Shown: positions 1 to 14,689, numbered from the stretch's first letter. The stretch: 64,000 bases of DNA from Girardia tigrina (GCA_001938485.1 MQRK01183776.1:13592-77591); one strand, 5' to 3'. Made by a program: numbers and translations. Notes: generated from the sequence alone by a model not told the origin.

Positions 1-59
1 ATATATATATATATTATGTAATTTTGGCGAGCACAATTTGCACCAACTTCCGTCGTTGG

Positions 60-516
60 AACGGGAATAATAAAGAAACAGATCGAACATAAAATGTATT
101 GACACATAACACGTAAACACGATCCGAATCGGCAGAATAGAGACGTCTATCGGCATAATCATCGAGATGGATATTTGCGTATTGTCTGGGCATATTTGAG
201 TTGATGATTGAGAGTTTGTTGATGTTGCTGACTTTTATTGTGGTTTGTGTCATGGTTAATTCCGTTTTTTATTCTGTTCGCCAATCTGCTTCAGTTAAAC
301 AAAAACAATACAATCTTTAAAATCATCATAGAATTCTTTCACAGCGTTTCGAAAATAACTTTTTGCCAAATAAAAATTGACGTATCGAATAATTATTTCC
401 GTCAGAGATATTTATTTGATTTCGTCAATTGATTCACCAGATTTTTTCAACTCTGTAATTCCCGGATGAGAGTGTTTGTTGATATCTTGAATAAAAACAA
501 TTTCGGAGTGATCAAC
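60..516 (-). pseudogene. Possible plastin/fimbrin (calponin-homology domain) pseudogene fragment
   Basis: Minus frame after acceptor tttcag reads DINKHSHPGITELKKSGESIDEIK*ISLTEIIIRYVNFYLAKSYFRNAVKEFYDDFKDCIVFV*LKQI. This resembles plastin [24 protein letters not shown]...INNFSADIKDS..LLNQI. Internal stops present. Confidence 0.45.
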
Positions 517-1618
517 CTGAAATACGTGTATAACGGTAACAAAATGGCAATTTTAGAGTTCGTTTGGCAAATAATAAAAATCGTTTTAGAAATAGAAATA
601 GAAATCGATTTTAGAAACTAGCAAAACTTCTTCATTCCGATTATTACTGTTATTATTTTATCTATATGAAAAATAACATCGAAACACTTATCATCCTCTT
701 GTATTCACTTAAACTACTTTTTATAATTAATGTACAGTTTGATTTGAATGTTTAAATATCTAAACTTCAATATTCTACTTTACTTAGAACGGAGTTGTTC
801 AAATTGCGATACATTAATCGGTTGGTACCATTCCTCGGTTACCATTCTTCGATACAATTGAAGGTTTTATCAGATTTATCCACTTGGTGATCGGTTCCGT
901 TTCCGTCGACGGTTAGTTCGATCGGCCGATCGATTTGCCCCTTATCGGACAAGAAGACGATATCATAACACATCGTTCAAAACACAAAATTATAGAGATT
1001 TATTTTATTTCGTTTAAAAAATTGTACCATCAACTATTATTTAAACCATTGTGTGATCAAGTATTATTTAAACAAACTGTAATGTTTTTTTTGTTTCCTA
1101 TTCGATCACTACAATCAGTTAAGTTTTGGATCTCTAATACATAAATCGTCGAACGCAACAATAATATATATTTCAAGTCATCTTAGTACAGAGAATCTTC
1201 AATAAAGGTAGAAGAAATATTGCTGTACAAAATAAGCATTGCCAGAGGGACCGAAAATATCAAAATCTTATCATTCTCCTTATTTGATTTAAGAATTATT
1301 GGAAGAAAAGGACTGATCAAAATTATTCTTTTGGCAGATTGCATTTTTAGTTATCGTTAGTATATTTCGTTGTTTTGTTTATACTTACTTCAAAAACTCA
1401 GGATTCGTTTTCTGTGAACACGAGCATTTCTACCGAGTTTTATTGGTTACATTAACTATGATTATTATTATCAAAAATTATTGCTATTTATGTTGTTTTC
1501 AAAGAAGATTCAGCAATCGACTTACCTCGATTAGTTAGTCTTCTAAATGATTAAAGCTTGATTTTGAGTTTTAAAATCAGGAATAAAGGAATTATTTTGT
1601 TTTTTTCATGTTAATAAT

Positions 1619-1956
1619 CAGTACCGGATTATCAATTTGGCAAAGTAGGCAACTCCATAGTGAACCTGCGAATCGTGAGGCTGAGAGCTGATCTTTTGTT
1701 TAAAAATTGTCGATGCCGCCGTGGATGAAAATCGCACGGCGTCGGTGTCTGATAACATCATACCAACATTTAGGCTACTAACCGCTGCGCTACTGACAGT
1801 GAAATAAAAAATAGGCTTAACTACTAACAGACATTAAGAAAGCACTTGACGATTTAATTCGCAAAAAATTGCTATATGGATCTAGTACTCTCGTCGGGAC
1901 CTCGTTCCCTAAAATTTGACTCACTATGTGTCTCTAATGCGCTTAATCCGGCACTG
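1619..1956. mobile_element. Non-autonomous hAT-type MITE
   Basis: TIRs CAGTACCGGATTA / TAATCCGGCACTG; 8-bp TSD TTAATAAT at 1611-1618 and 1957-1964. Confidence 0.85.
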
Positions 1957-2279
1957 TTAATAATTCAAACCAAAAACTAAAGATGGGTATCTGTTTGAAG
2001 TTATTTTCAAATTTCGATGAAGAAATGGAACTTGTCACTCAGAGTTACTTTTTTTTACTTGTCACTCGGAGTTACTTTTTTTAATTACTTAAATGATACA
2101 ATTATAATTTATTTTTACAAAAAATAAATAATTAATAATTTCAAAAAAGTCAACATTCTGATGATTAACAGTATTTCTTATTCTTATTAAGTTAACATTT
2201 AAAAAAATAAAAAAATCTTTGTTTATAACATGTTTTTTTGCTCTTTGCAAAATTGTTCATAAACATTCTTCTTGGAATA

Positions 2280-3144
2280 TTATTTAAAATGTCCGATTTC
2301 AAAAATAAGAGATTCACTTCCATTTTTAAAACAAGATTCGTTCATTTCTATCCAGAAGCTTGGTTTGCAGGGTCCCAAAGAATTAAATTCCAGATGAACT
2401 CGTGCATTTTGTAACATATTTTCAGGTTCAGCGGCACTTTTGATTCTCATGTCAAAATTTATCGACAACGGAAATTTGATATTTTTTTCCTTTATAATAC
2501 GTTTATTGTGAGAGTTTTCAAGTAATACGAAACAGATTTGCACGGGCTCCGTGAATAGAAACTTTACAATATTAAATTGCATTTTTAGTTCGTGATAATT
2601 TCCAGGAAGAGAAAACGATTTAAACCAAAACCACGTAATTTCTCCTTCACACAATTCTTTCCAAGTTTTTTTTCTGTCGACATCTTTTAGTTCCTCACAG
2701 GACTGAGTATCTCTTAAGTAGCTGTCCTTATAAATATCATATATAAATTTTCCATCTTTTTCATTTTTGTCAGGAATCTGAACTTCTAAAATATAAAAAA
2801 ACAGTGGTTTAAAACTTTCAATTTTATGACATTAACAAAATACTTTAATGAGATTTGATAAATCACCTTGCCTGTTTAAGCATGGTGAATGATACACAAG
2901 TAATAATGTTTCTGAATCAATCTTATCATAACTTAGGCACAATTGAAAATATTAAAGCCATCTTAATTTTAAATTTTGATTAGAAAACATGTTTCGCCAC
3001 TTTTGAGGAATCCTCATAAATATTGTCGCTACGGTAATAATAACGCTATTATGAACACCAATTTGACTTTTCGTATTTTTACTAACATAACAAGTTTGAT
3101 TGTCCTCAAGGCAATCTTTGTCAAAGGTTTCGTATGATTGGATT
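2280..3144 (-). CDS. Putative 3' exons (3144-3001, 2931-2867, 2785-2280) of an uncharacterised gene
   Basis: Three phase-compatible GT-AG exons give a stop-free frame (...IPQNYDKIDSETLLLVYHSPCLNRQEVQIPDKNEKDGK...EIGHFK*), including a 506-nt open exon in AT-rich DNA. No family recognised; one donor is weak. Confidence 0.4.
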
Positions 3145-5177
3145 CTAACTAATTGATTACTGACTTTAATCTTATTGTTTTTAGCAAATGGAGATATAAA
3201 TAATTTGTTAAAATATTTACTTAAAATTTATTGGTTAAAAATTAAAATGATTATTAATTAATTAAAAAATATTAATTTGATTTATTTATTCAAAAATTGT
3301 AAATAAAATTAATTAACTTATTTAAAGTTATACAATTATTTTAAATTATAAATAAATTTAAACATTACATATTTTTAGATAATAAGAATTAAATTATTAA
3401 TCATCCATCTGGGTAGGAGAGACAATTCCAAATCAACATTATTAAGAAAATTTAGACAAGTCTCGTTTGAATTTTTATTACAATCCCATTTAGAGTCATT
3501 ATGACTCTCAGAAAGTCTTTCATTATTTGTCATCATTCTAATTGGTTTTCTTATTTCTATTTTTAGTCATGATTATTCGAACAATTTTTCTAAGTCATTT
3601 TTTAAAATATTTAACTTTTAAAAATTATTAATTAAAAATAATAATTTTTGCCATTTCTCAATAAATCCAAAAATAATAAAAATGTTATCAGATAATTAAA
3701 AATGCATCTAATTTAAATTTTACTAAAAAATATTAAACTTAATTTTAATTGTTAAATTAAAAAATATGAATTTATAAAATGATTATTTTAATTATGTTCG
3801 AATAGTCACTCACTTTTAATTTAAATACAAAATACCAATTTCCATCTGGGTGGTAGAATCACCATTCTAAATTCAACATACTTAAATCAACTTACAACAT
3901 CAATACATTTACACATTCAAACAATTTAAGATATTCCTCACAAACATACAACATTCAAACACAAAACATCAAACATTCAAAATATTCCACACAAACGCAA
4001 AACTATTTTTATATGAAAAATGACAATAGGTAATTTACAAAAGATATTATTAATAAATTCTAAAAATAGAGTTCACATTAACTTTGCATCATTATTTTAA
4101 ATGTATTTATTCACTAATCCATTCCCCGGCTGATATAATTTTTTATCATAATTGTTAAATATAATTTTTTAAAGTGCGAGATGATAATGAATGTCCGTGT
4201 ATTTTGCCACTACTATTCAACTGAATGAACAACATGTCAATCTGTAAATAAAGTCCGTTTTCGGCCATAGTTAGAGCTTTTTATAAAATTTTTATCTAAT
4301 TGTACATCCTCATTAACGTCTTTTTGCTTCTTTAAACTCTAAGGAAATGCTAATTACACGCCTTTGCAAAAAGATACTAACATAATGTCACTGTAAATTA
4401 ATTTATCTTATTATTATGCATGAGTTTCATACTTTTGAAAATGAAAGTGAATAATAAACACTCGGATTTCAAAAAAATAATCTCCAAACATGAAATTTAG
4501 ACAAAAAAATAATCTTTGGAGTTAAAACACGACATGAATCAGCAAGAATTCGATTTTTTACTAAAATCTTTAAAGAATTAAAAAAATATACTTTAATCTG
4601 AACTCTTTGGTCTGAGAAACATTTTATCGTACTAAGTGAGTTGATGAAATTCACAACATTAAAATGTGTTGGGATTAGACAAATTTTCAATACCTAAATC
4701 TAGAACAACCGAGAATATTTTGTTACTACAACAACCGTTTGCGTCAATTGACACAGATGGCTTATTTATTAAATCTAAAAGGATTTCAATTGAAATATAT
4801 GCTCCGAGGCAAATCAATAAATTTAAACTTATTATCTTATCATAGAAATGTGGTTCTCCTTCTTATCACATAATAAACTGGTAATTTCACTTCATTCAAT
4901 GTATTGAATAAATGATATAGGTAAAAATTAACCATTTTCCTTGTTGATTGTATTGTCAATTTTTAGGAAAATTGCAACGAATTTTAGTGCCTTTTATAAT
5001 GAAGCTAGTGTCCCCGTCTTCTTAAACCTTGTTCTCATCAGAGATGAACCTAATCTTGAAAAGAATTACAAATAAGATTGATTTAAAAATGATTTAAGTC
5101 AATCAACATAATTTGATGTGATAGATATATTGGGTGCTAAATCTCAAACTAAAATGATATTAAAATTATCATCTACT

Positions 5178-6200
5178 AAAAATATATTAACACAATATAT
5201 TTTGACGGATCAACCGTCATCTTCAGTTTACTTATTAATAATTAAATTCATCTGTATATAAATGAAAAATAACGATTGTGTTATTGATTGCAGGAAAACA
5301 CGCTAATCCGAAATTCTCAATAAACTGGTTGAGACTGCTAATTGAACATTGATTTCAGGACAAAGTAACTTAATTACAATGCTTCACACGACACCCTCTC
5401 CTAGGACTATCAAAATGCTTATACAGAATCTTGAAATTATCAATATTAATATCACATTTACATTTTTTCATGTGTTCTGCAATATTGCTCTTGCTCTCTT
5501 TTCGAACATGTTCTTGAATTCGTTTACAGATATGACAGACAGTCTCTCCAATTTATGTGACATCGCATCCTTTACATTTATATTCATAAACAAATTCAAA
5601 ACAAAGTTTTAAAAGTGTAATTTTAACATTTTTTAAATTTAATTCATTGCTAATTGCTTTTATATATTTTTACATCCTTCAGAATAAGGTACACTTAATC
5701 AATATTTAGGGATATTATTAATAATTAGTGATACGCCCATTTCTCTATTAGAACCATCAGGAGAAGCAAAACTCTGATTTTATGAATTATCTTTCAAAAG
5801 TATATTATCCACTGTTTCCTTTAATAGTTTTTCACGAAACAAATTTAGAATAACAATTCTGATTTAACAAGGAACTTAGTTTATTAACTCTTTCTACTGA
5901 TTTTAAAAAGTTGAAGACAAGGACCAAGAACAATAAAATTAAAAGTCTAATTATGTTACTTTTATATTTCGGTTCACAAAAACTGTTCGGTGAAATATAT
6001 AAACATATATCATTTTGCTTCCTATAAATTCCAGTCTCATAATTAAGGAATTTTCTTTCAACCAAAAGATCGAGAAATAGTAAGACTTCATTCATTTTAT
6101 TTCAACTGTAAAATCAACATTTTAATATAATGAATTCATAAATTTTTAAAATGGAAGTACATAACCTTGATTTTTAAAAATTAGAATCATATTTATTAAG
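5178..6200 (-). mobile_element. Degraded Penelope-like element (RT C-terminus + GIY-YIG endonuclease + 3' hammerhead)
   Basis: FLDLLVERK..YETGIYRK; IGETVCHICKRIQEH...SNIAEH; homologous to the 54-55.6 kb copy. Confidence 0.85.
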
Positions 6201-6739
6201 AACATTAATTTAATTTTCATTACATTTATTTGCATCACAATTTGAATTGTTACTAGAACAATTCTCCGTAAAACTTGCGTAGCTCGACATCGTTCTTGAT
6301 TGATAATTTTTTAATAATATTCTTTAACATCTTTGCTATCCATTTAAAATAAAATGACTAATTCCGATTCTAAGATTTATTAATTATAACATAATATCCA
6401 TAATCTCGACTATTTAATGGAGAAAATAGTGATGTTATAATGAATCACATTTTCAAAGCCTTTTCATTGGTTTACACTCTCAAACACACACATACTATCA
6501 ACATACATTCAGCATACATTTAACATACATTCAGCATACATTCAACATCATACAAGTAACCCATTTTATTGTATCATCACAACTGACTTTACACAATCAA
6601 TTTCATCAGCAATTACATAATAATTATTACGCAATTAATCTTATTTATTTATATTAGTAACAAATAATATTTATTATGTAACTATTCCTACTCACAGTCT
6701 TATTATTCGAACAAATTTAAATTACAATTTAATTATTAC

Positions 6740-7092
6740 AAAAATAATTTATACTTTAAATTAAAATAATACTGATAATGGGTGCAATATTGTCGAACAT
6801 AATTTAAAATGTAAAATGAAAATCGGAGAAAATGATTTTCAAATTCTGTGTAATCGATTAAAAAATTACTGGGAGAGAGTAACGTGTGAGGCTTTATTAA
6901 TAAGATCCACGGATCCAAAAATTAATATTCAAGTTTCACACTCAACTTCTCTGTTAAACATTTTCAAATAGAGCCTTTAATACATAATTGTTTGCATATT
7001 CACCTTTCTCATATATAAGCTGCAAAAAACCAGTGTTAATTTAGTCTGAAGATGGCGGGTAATCCGCCGAAATTAATTACAAAAATAAATTT
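6740..7092 (+). mobile_element. Penelope-like 3' fragment
   Basis: Reads ILCNRLKNYWERVTCEALLIRSTDPKINIQ (cf. KKYWERVSCEALFIRSCDLKINVQ at 55.4 kb), followed by a hammerhead core. Confidence 0.75.
7046..7092 (+). ncRNA. Minimal hammerhead ribozyme (Penelope type)
   Basis: CTGAAGA - stem II GGCGG/CCGCC - GAAA - AT-rich imperfect stem III. Confidence 0.7.
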
Positions 7093-7379
7093 TGAAAATG
7101 GTGTTAATTTTTTAATAAAGAATACAAATTGCCATTATTTTTTACATTCCTTATTAAATTAAAATAAATTTTATTTATTTTAAGAAAATTATTATTAAAA
7201 TATTATTTATGAAATATTAATGTAATTTTAAAATTGGTTGTTTAAATTTCAATAATTGATTAAATAATCCGACGTTTTAAAATATTTAAAATATATATCT
7301 TCCATCTGGTTTGGAGAAACACAATCCTAAAACAACATACCAAACAACATACACTAAGCACCATTCAAAAATATTCCTC

Positions 7380-7560
7380 ACAATATTATCAATATATCTT
7401 TGATATACGAAAAGTTGATTCCAATCTAACAATTTAATTTTATTTTCAATCATTGAAAGAAAAATAGAAGCTAACTTTGGTGCTAACGGTGAACCCGCAA
7501 ACACATCAGTTTACTTATGTCACTCATTTTTGAAAAGGAAATGAATATTTGATGTTGCAA
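7380..7560 (-). mobile_element. Penelope-like RT fragment
   Basis: GSPLAPKLASIFLSMIE...YQRYID. Confidence 0.75.
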
Positions 7561-9840
7561 AACCTAATAGTTCACAAAAACCAACCTCGTCAATATTATT
7601 ATGTTCTGATTGATAATATTTCCACAAATCACCACACGAATTCAATCTGTCAACCAAAGAAAGATTTGCAAATAAACTATGTTATAAAAAACGTAAAATT
7701 CACCTTCGCACTGTACTTTACAATTATAATTTTTTTAATAAAAACTTTTCATCCAAATTGAAGCTTATCAATAAAAAGATATTATTCAAATAATAAAAAA
7801 TAAGGGTATTTTATTTTTAAGAATAAAAAGACGTCATTTAAAGAAAAATGTTTTATTTTATTGACAATTAATTTTGTCATGGTCATATAAAGAAGGAATG
7901 ATGGATTAAAATTCTCCTTACACCGTCAAGCAGTGAATATCCAATCAATGAATTATTGTGTCCTCTTGAACCCAATCAATATTTGTTGCACGTTAATCTT
8001 AGGGTTTATGGATCTGAAATAAAGAACTTCACAATATTTATGAAGCTGAGTACAAAGAATTTAAAAATTATAAATTATATAAACTATTTATTTCTTTACA
8101 TGGCGTCTTTTTGTTTTTAAAAAGATATTCTTTCAAAATACACCGTAATAATATCTATAAATTTAGAAACAAATCACATACAATTAGAAAAACATGACCA
8201 AATTTCTTCGTCACTAACTTTTTGAAGTTGACTTTACGTCAATTGACTCACCTCCGTTGCTCTAGTTCTAGGTATAAACTGGAGTTTAACACCAAATATT
8301 AGAACTTATGTTCTTTTTATCTTTAAATTTTAATATCCAAGTATATCTTCATACGCTCATTTTCGACTAAGATTGAAATATTTGTTCTTTCTTTATACGG
8401 AATCTGACGACGTTCTCGTACAACATTATCATATCATCATTATTTTTATATATAAACTGCAAACTAATGTTAATTTAGTCAGAAAAATGGTGTTCGAAAT
8501 TTTTAAATAATTATACTTTTTTATAATTTAATAAATTATTATTACATTAAATATGGTAAACTCTTCTTTCAACTCTGATAGCATCTTATTAAAATTAAAA
8601 TTTTTATTTGGAAACATTTTCTTATAACATCTTCGATGAACGATCATCTTTTAAACTAACTGGATTATTGCATAAACCATAAAAACAAATTTAATTACAT
8701 TCTATCAAACAAATATATATTTATACTTTTTTATTGAAACATCGTCTGATGTAACAGAAAAAATATAATAAAGCAGTACAAATAAATTAACAAATTAATT
8801 TAAAAAAATATTTCATACCGTTTTCTGATGCCATAGTCGCAAATAACATCCAGTCTTATAAAGATTAAACATTTTGTATCATCTAATTAACATACATAAT
8901 CACTGTAACTAAGGCACAGTATTTAAGGTGTCATGGTGCGATGTTAACTGACACAATGAAGTACTACACAATGATGATGATCAGATCATAAACGTCATTG
9001 TAGATTGTTAATAGGTCAAAACCTAGAGGAAACCACATTTATTGGCGAAAAATAAAATTTCTTTTGTTTGAAGACAAAGGTTCTGCACTAAAATATATTT
9101 AATAGCAATAAACTACAAACACACATATCGGTTATGTACCGAATAAGAGATGAGTCAAAGGTTAACTCTGTTCTCGACCCCGTAATAGTTACATAATACA
9201 AATTTAGAAATATTCGAAATTTGTTGATTATGTAATATTTTATTTAATTAATTTAAATTTGATGTATTCGTATAATTGATAATCTTAATAATGGTTGGCG
9301 AAAAATTAATGTTGTAAAAATATTTCAGTTATATTTCATTATTTATCAAGTTTTGTTAAAATTTGAATAACATATCTGAGGGTTACCTTTTTTATAAGAG
9401 AAATAAACGATGAAGAATTATTACACTCTTTCTACACTAAATGTTCGGGATTCAATTATCTTTATTTATTGTTATTAATTATATATATATANNNNNNNNN
9501 NNNNNNNNNNNNNNNNNNNNNNNNNNNNNNNNNNNNNNNNNNNNNNNNNNNNNNNNNNNNNNNNNNNNNNNNNNNNNNNNNNNNNNNNNNNNNNNNNNNN
9601 NNNNNNNNNNNNNNNNNNNNNNNNNNNNNNNNNNNNNNNNNNNNNNNNNNNNNNNNNNNNNNNNNNNNNNNNNNNNNNNNNNNNNNNNNNNNNNNNNNNN
9701 NNNNNNNNNNNNNNNNNNNNNNNNNNNNNNNNNNNNNNNNNNNNNNNNNNNNNNNNNNNNNNNNNNNNNNNNNGAAAATTGCAAAATAATAAATTTTACT
9801 CACAAATAAATAAAAATTGTAATAACTTTCTAACCACACA

Positions 9841-9941
9841 ATTAATTAACGCAGCAATTAACGAAAAAAAAATAAATAAATAAATGTAACCCAATTAACG
9901 CAGCAATTAACGAAAAATAAATAAATAAATAAATGTAACCC
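9841..9941. repeat. ~50-bp tandem duplication
   Basis: AATTAACGCAGCAATTAACGAAAAA..TAAATAAATAAATGTAACCC occurs twice. Confidence 0.85.
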
Positions 9942-11119
9942 GTTCCTCAATGAAAACATTTATTCAAGTTTACAACATTATTGTACAAATACTCGGTAAG
10001 TAATTATCATTGTCTTAATTGTGTCGATTATTAATATCGATTTATTTTTAGTTTAAAAAAAAATATTATTATTGTATTAATAATTTTACCAACAAACACG
10101 CAGCATCAGCGTTGGTTTGCCACAGGAGAAATGATAAAAGTCGGCAGTCATAATCAGTCGAGGTTATAGTCATGCTAATGTGACACAATAAAACCATAAG
10201 AACATCTAGTCATTTACGTTAAATTTTTACATCAGTAATTAGCGTTTATCTTGAGATAATTTGAAGAAATTCGATTTAAGATTCCTGTAAATTTTTCTCT
10301 TTGTGTTCTTCTAGAGTTTCTTTTGAATCAGAAGTGATAGATTGTTCAGAGATTTCTTCTGAAGGAACAATAAAATTCATGTCAGGATATTCAACTGGAG
10401 TTCTTGGTGTCGTCTTGATCGGTTGACTTGCATTTGCACCCAGGTTACTCTCTAAAGGCACGTCATCGACTTCATTTACTGGCGTTTCTTCAGCTTCATC
10501 ATTATTCGCTTTTTTGGGTTATTTTCTTTACTTCATTTATCAACACTGCCAATTCGGATCGTGTAGTTTTAAAGGTTTCATTGAGTTCTTCATTTAACAC
10601 TTGTTGTCCATGCCCAAAATTTAATGACTTAATATAGGAATGTTCTTTATTATTTTGATACATGATTTCAGACATTTCTTGCTCTTTGGGTTCTTGAACA
10701 AAAAGTAGATGATCTTCATTTGATAGCATTCCTTTTCCGTTTGCTCCTTTATTTTGCGTCATAAATAATAGTTTAGCTAACCAATTATTTATCAGTTTTT
10801 TAATTATAAGATGAATCAGTTTAGAAAAATCATACCAAAAAAGAATCACAACATAAATCCATCATGCATCACATTCATCTCATGCAAGAAAATTTATGTA
10901 CAAAAAATAAAAAACAGCTAATGAAACCAAGACTTTGTACAAGAACACAAGCAAAACCACGTCCAAATCAAAGATAATTCAGAGAGAAGACTGGTGAGAG
11001 AAGTACCCACTACAGGGATTATTCAAATTGGTTTGTGTTTCTTTTCTTATGATGAACGTTTTGTAAAAATTTTAGTTTGAAATTAATTGTTTAATGGGTT
11101 TTTTAAAATAAGATTAATG

Positions 11120-11769
11120 CGCAAACATGTACCTTTTCTTTTTAATGATGAATGGTACATTCAGGAAGACGGTGTCGCAATGGGTTCCCCATTAGCACCA
11201 ACTTTGGCATCAATATTTATGAAGTCGCTTGAGGATAAAATGAATGNATACCCTGGTGAAAAACCTGTGTTGTACAAGAGATATGTGGATGATGTCTTTT
11301 TGATTTTCAGAAATCAATCCCTCATAGAACCATTCCTAACATTCATGAATGGTCTTCATCCGAATATTAAATTTACTACAGAATTGGAAGTAGATAATAA
11401 ACTTCTCTTTCTGGACATTCTTGTCACTAGGATGAATGGAGGCTATAAAACTGAATTATTCAGAAAGGCAACAGATAAAGGTCTTTACACAACACCACAG
11501 AGTTTTTGTGAGGAAAAATACAGAGAGGGTATGATCAAAGGGCTTGTTCATAGAGTTTGGAGTTTGTCGTCCAGTTTTGAAATTGCAAAGCAGGGTTTAA
11601 ATATTCATAGAAGGCGCTTAAAGGACAATATGTATACAAACAAGCAAATGGAACACAACATTAAGGTAACATTAGACAAATTATGTACAGATGCACGAGT
11701 TAAAAAACAATTAAAACAAGAAAATACTGAAGAATACAAACAAATCATTAAAATTCCATATTCTGAAGG
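11120..11769 (+). mobile_element. Penelope-like reverse transcriptase, open frame up to the assembly gap
   Basis: [20 protein letters not shown]...LYKRYVDDVF...HPNIKFTTE...FLDI...FRKAT. Confidence 0.92.
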
Positions 11770-14689
11770 NNNNNNNNNNNNNNNNNNNNNNNNNNNNNNN
11801 NNNNNNNNNNNNNNNNNNNNNNNNNNNNNNNNNNNNNNNNNNNNNNNNNNNNNNNNNNNNNNNNNNNNNNNNNNNNNNNNNNNNNNNNNNNNNNNNNNNN
11901 NNNNNNNNNNNNNNNNNNNNNNNNNNNNNNNNNNNNNNNNNNNNNNNNNNNNNNNNNNNNNNNNNNNNNNNNNNNNNNNNNNNNNNNNNNNNNNNNNNNN
12001 NNNNNNNNNNNNNNNNNNNNNNNNNNNNNNNNNNNNNNNNNNNNNNNNNNNNNNNNNNNNNNNNNNNNNNNNNNNNNNNNNNNNNNNNNNNNNNNNNNNN
12101 NNNNNNNNNNNNNNNNNNNNNNNNNNNNNNNNNNNNNNNNNNNNNNNNNNNNNNNNNNNNNNNNNNNNNNNNNNNNNNNNNNNNNNNNNNNNNNNNNNNN
12201 NNNNNNNNNNNNNNNNNNNNNNNNNNNNNNNNNNNNNNNNNNNNNNNNNNNNNNNNNNNNNNNNNNNNNNNNNNNNNNNNNNNNNNNNNNNNNNNNNNNN
12301 NNNNNNNNNNNNNNNNNNNNNNNNNNNNNNNNNNNNNNNNNNNNNNNNNNNNNNNNNNNNNNNNNNNNNNNNNNNNNNNNNNNNNNNNNNNNNNNNNNNN
12401 NNNNNNNNNNNNNNNNNNNNNNNNNNNNNNNNNNNNNNNNNNNNNNNNNNNNNNNNNNNNNNNNNNNNNNNNNNNNNTATATATATATATATATGTTAAT
12501 ATATGTAAAGTTTAATATATGCGTAATCTTAAGATATATAATTTAATATAAGCGACAGCCGATCTCCAGCGCCAAAACACGGCTTACTTCCCAGACCACG
12601 ACCAACGAAAAAACAATTCGCCAGACCTCCCGCATAGCCGCCGAACGAGGAATCGATCGGAGATACTCTCGGTCGATCATCCGAAAGCAATTGCTGACGA
12701 TTCACATTTAAGTCAAAACACTATCTGCTACTAAAATTTGTAGATAAAAATTATGCATCTCCATTATGGATCTTCCTTATGGACATCAAGATTTTGTGGC
12801 TTCATAGGAACCTGCAAAACCTCATTTTTTTGACCGCTGTACCATCACCCTCATCGAATTTTTATTCAACATTTTCACTTGACAAACGTTTGTTGAAAAT
12901 ATCTTAGGGCTGAGTAAATTTTTCTTGTACAACCCTCAAAACAATATTCACCAAAACATTTTATTTATATCATCTATATGATTTTAAATAAAATCCTTAA
13001 TCTATCTTTAATTCAAATCAAAAGACAAAGTTTATTTTAGAAAGATAATATTTTATATCGATTTACAACAAGTAAAATTTTTACAAATTGATTAGAAAAT
13101 ATATATGTATCCCCTTACTTATGCCCAGTTACGTTAAAGGTCTGGTTCTCATCCAGAGCCTTTAGTATTTTAGGTACGGTTTTATCCCAATTATAAATAA
13201 ATATAGAAATAAAATTAATTACGAATAACGTTTGAAATTATCAATATAAATAAAGATTAACAATTTTAAACGTTTATAAATTATAGTAACCTCAATACTG
13301 TTATGTCACTCGAAACAATTCATTCTTCTTCACCAATAGATAAAAATTCTCTTCAACTAATAATTATCCTATCCCTTCGATAAATCAAATAATAATAAAT
13401 AATCTCTCCTTCCTCAGCCTTGACGAATTGAATCAATAATTAATGACATCTTCGTACAAAAACTTCTTTAGGTTAATTAGACAATAAGTAACGTTGCCTA
13501 CGTGTAAAATTTCTCTTCATCCTTCGGTTAATTTGAGCAATAATAATTTTCGTCTGGCAAAAATCTCGACCATCTAAATGATTTTAAAATTTTCTCCAAT
13601 TTCTATTTTACTTACCTAATGATTTTAAATTTTTCTCACTAATACTATATTAGTGTTTTCTTTTATACTTTATTGATTTCTTGTAGGCTGTACCTACGTT
13701 TTCTATTTTTTTGCTCGATTTGCATTTTTCTTGTTGGTCTAGATTTGGCCTTTGAATTTAAAATTTAAATTATTTCTTGTCTTTTTTTCTTTTTTTTTCT
13801 TGTCTTTTCCTTCTTATTTTTTAAATAATAATATTACCTTTTTAATGTAAATAATAATATTATATTAATAATTATCACGCACTAAAGTAAATAATAATCC
13901 ATATTATTTACTAAAAATAAAAAATAAACTTATTTTCACAAAATATATTAAAATAAACAAAAAATTAAAACAAATATTTACATATTCAATAACATATCCA
14001 AACACTTTGATTTACGAATGAAATTTACTAATGACATTTCAGCAGTTTCCTTTTCTCTAAACCTCATTTATATTTTTATTCTTTAATATTGTTTAAAAAT
14101 TTATTAAATTTATAAAAGATTCCATACAATTAAAAAAATATTTAAGATTTCATATTACAACCATGAACAAGTTTGAATAAAGTAAAATTTCAATAAAGTG
14201 ATAGAATATGATGATTAAAATTAGGATAAAATTTAGGATAATAATTTAAACGAAATCAATTAAGGAGTTGGAAAAATAAAAATGTATTTAATGAAAATTT
14301 GTTTGAAAATGTATATTTGTTTTATTAATACATTTTTGTGTTAAATATGAATGTGAGGAATAATTTGGAATGTTGTAAGTTTGTTGTTTGTATGCTGTTT
14401 AGATTTGTGACTCTCCTACTCAGATGGGATTGATATGTTTATTGATTGATTATTTGAATCTAATGAAATTAATTTAATGACATTAATTTTAAGTACTAAT
14501 TAATTGAAGTTTTATAATTGTGAATTTTAATAATGTTTTTAGTAAACGATTTTAACTTATTAAATTTAATATATTTTAAAAATTAATGTTTATTTAAAAA
14601 AATACACAATGCCTTTTTATCCAATAATATTAAAATTATAAGAAATTAAAAGTAAATATTAAAAAATTTCCCATTCATTGTTTTTTTAG

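Noticed and set aside
4130-4800. Further upstream exons of the 2.3-3.1 kb minus-strand gene
   Set aside because: Splice-like sites exist, but I could not build a stop-free, phase-consistent chain.
9441-9839. Long ORFs spanning N-runs (also 20258-21486, 60341-60778, 47092-47484)
   Set aside because: Artefacts of assembly gaps translated as X.
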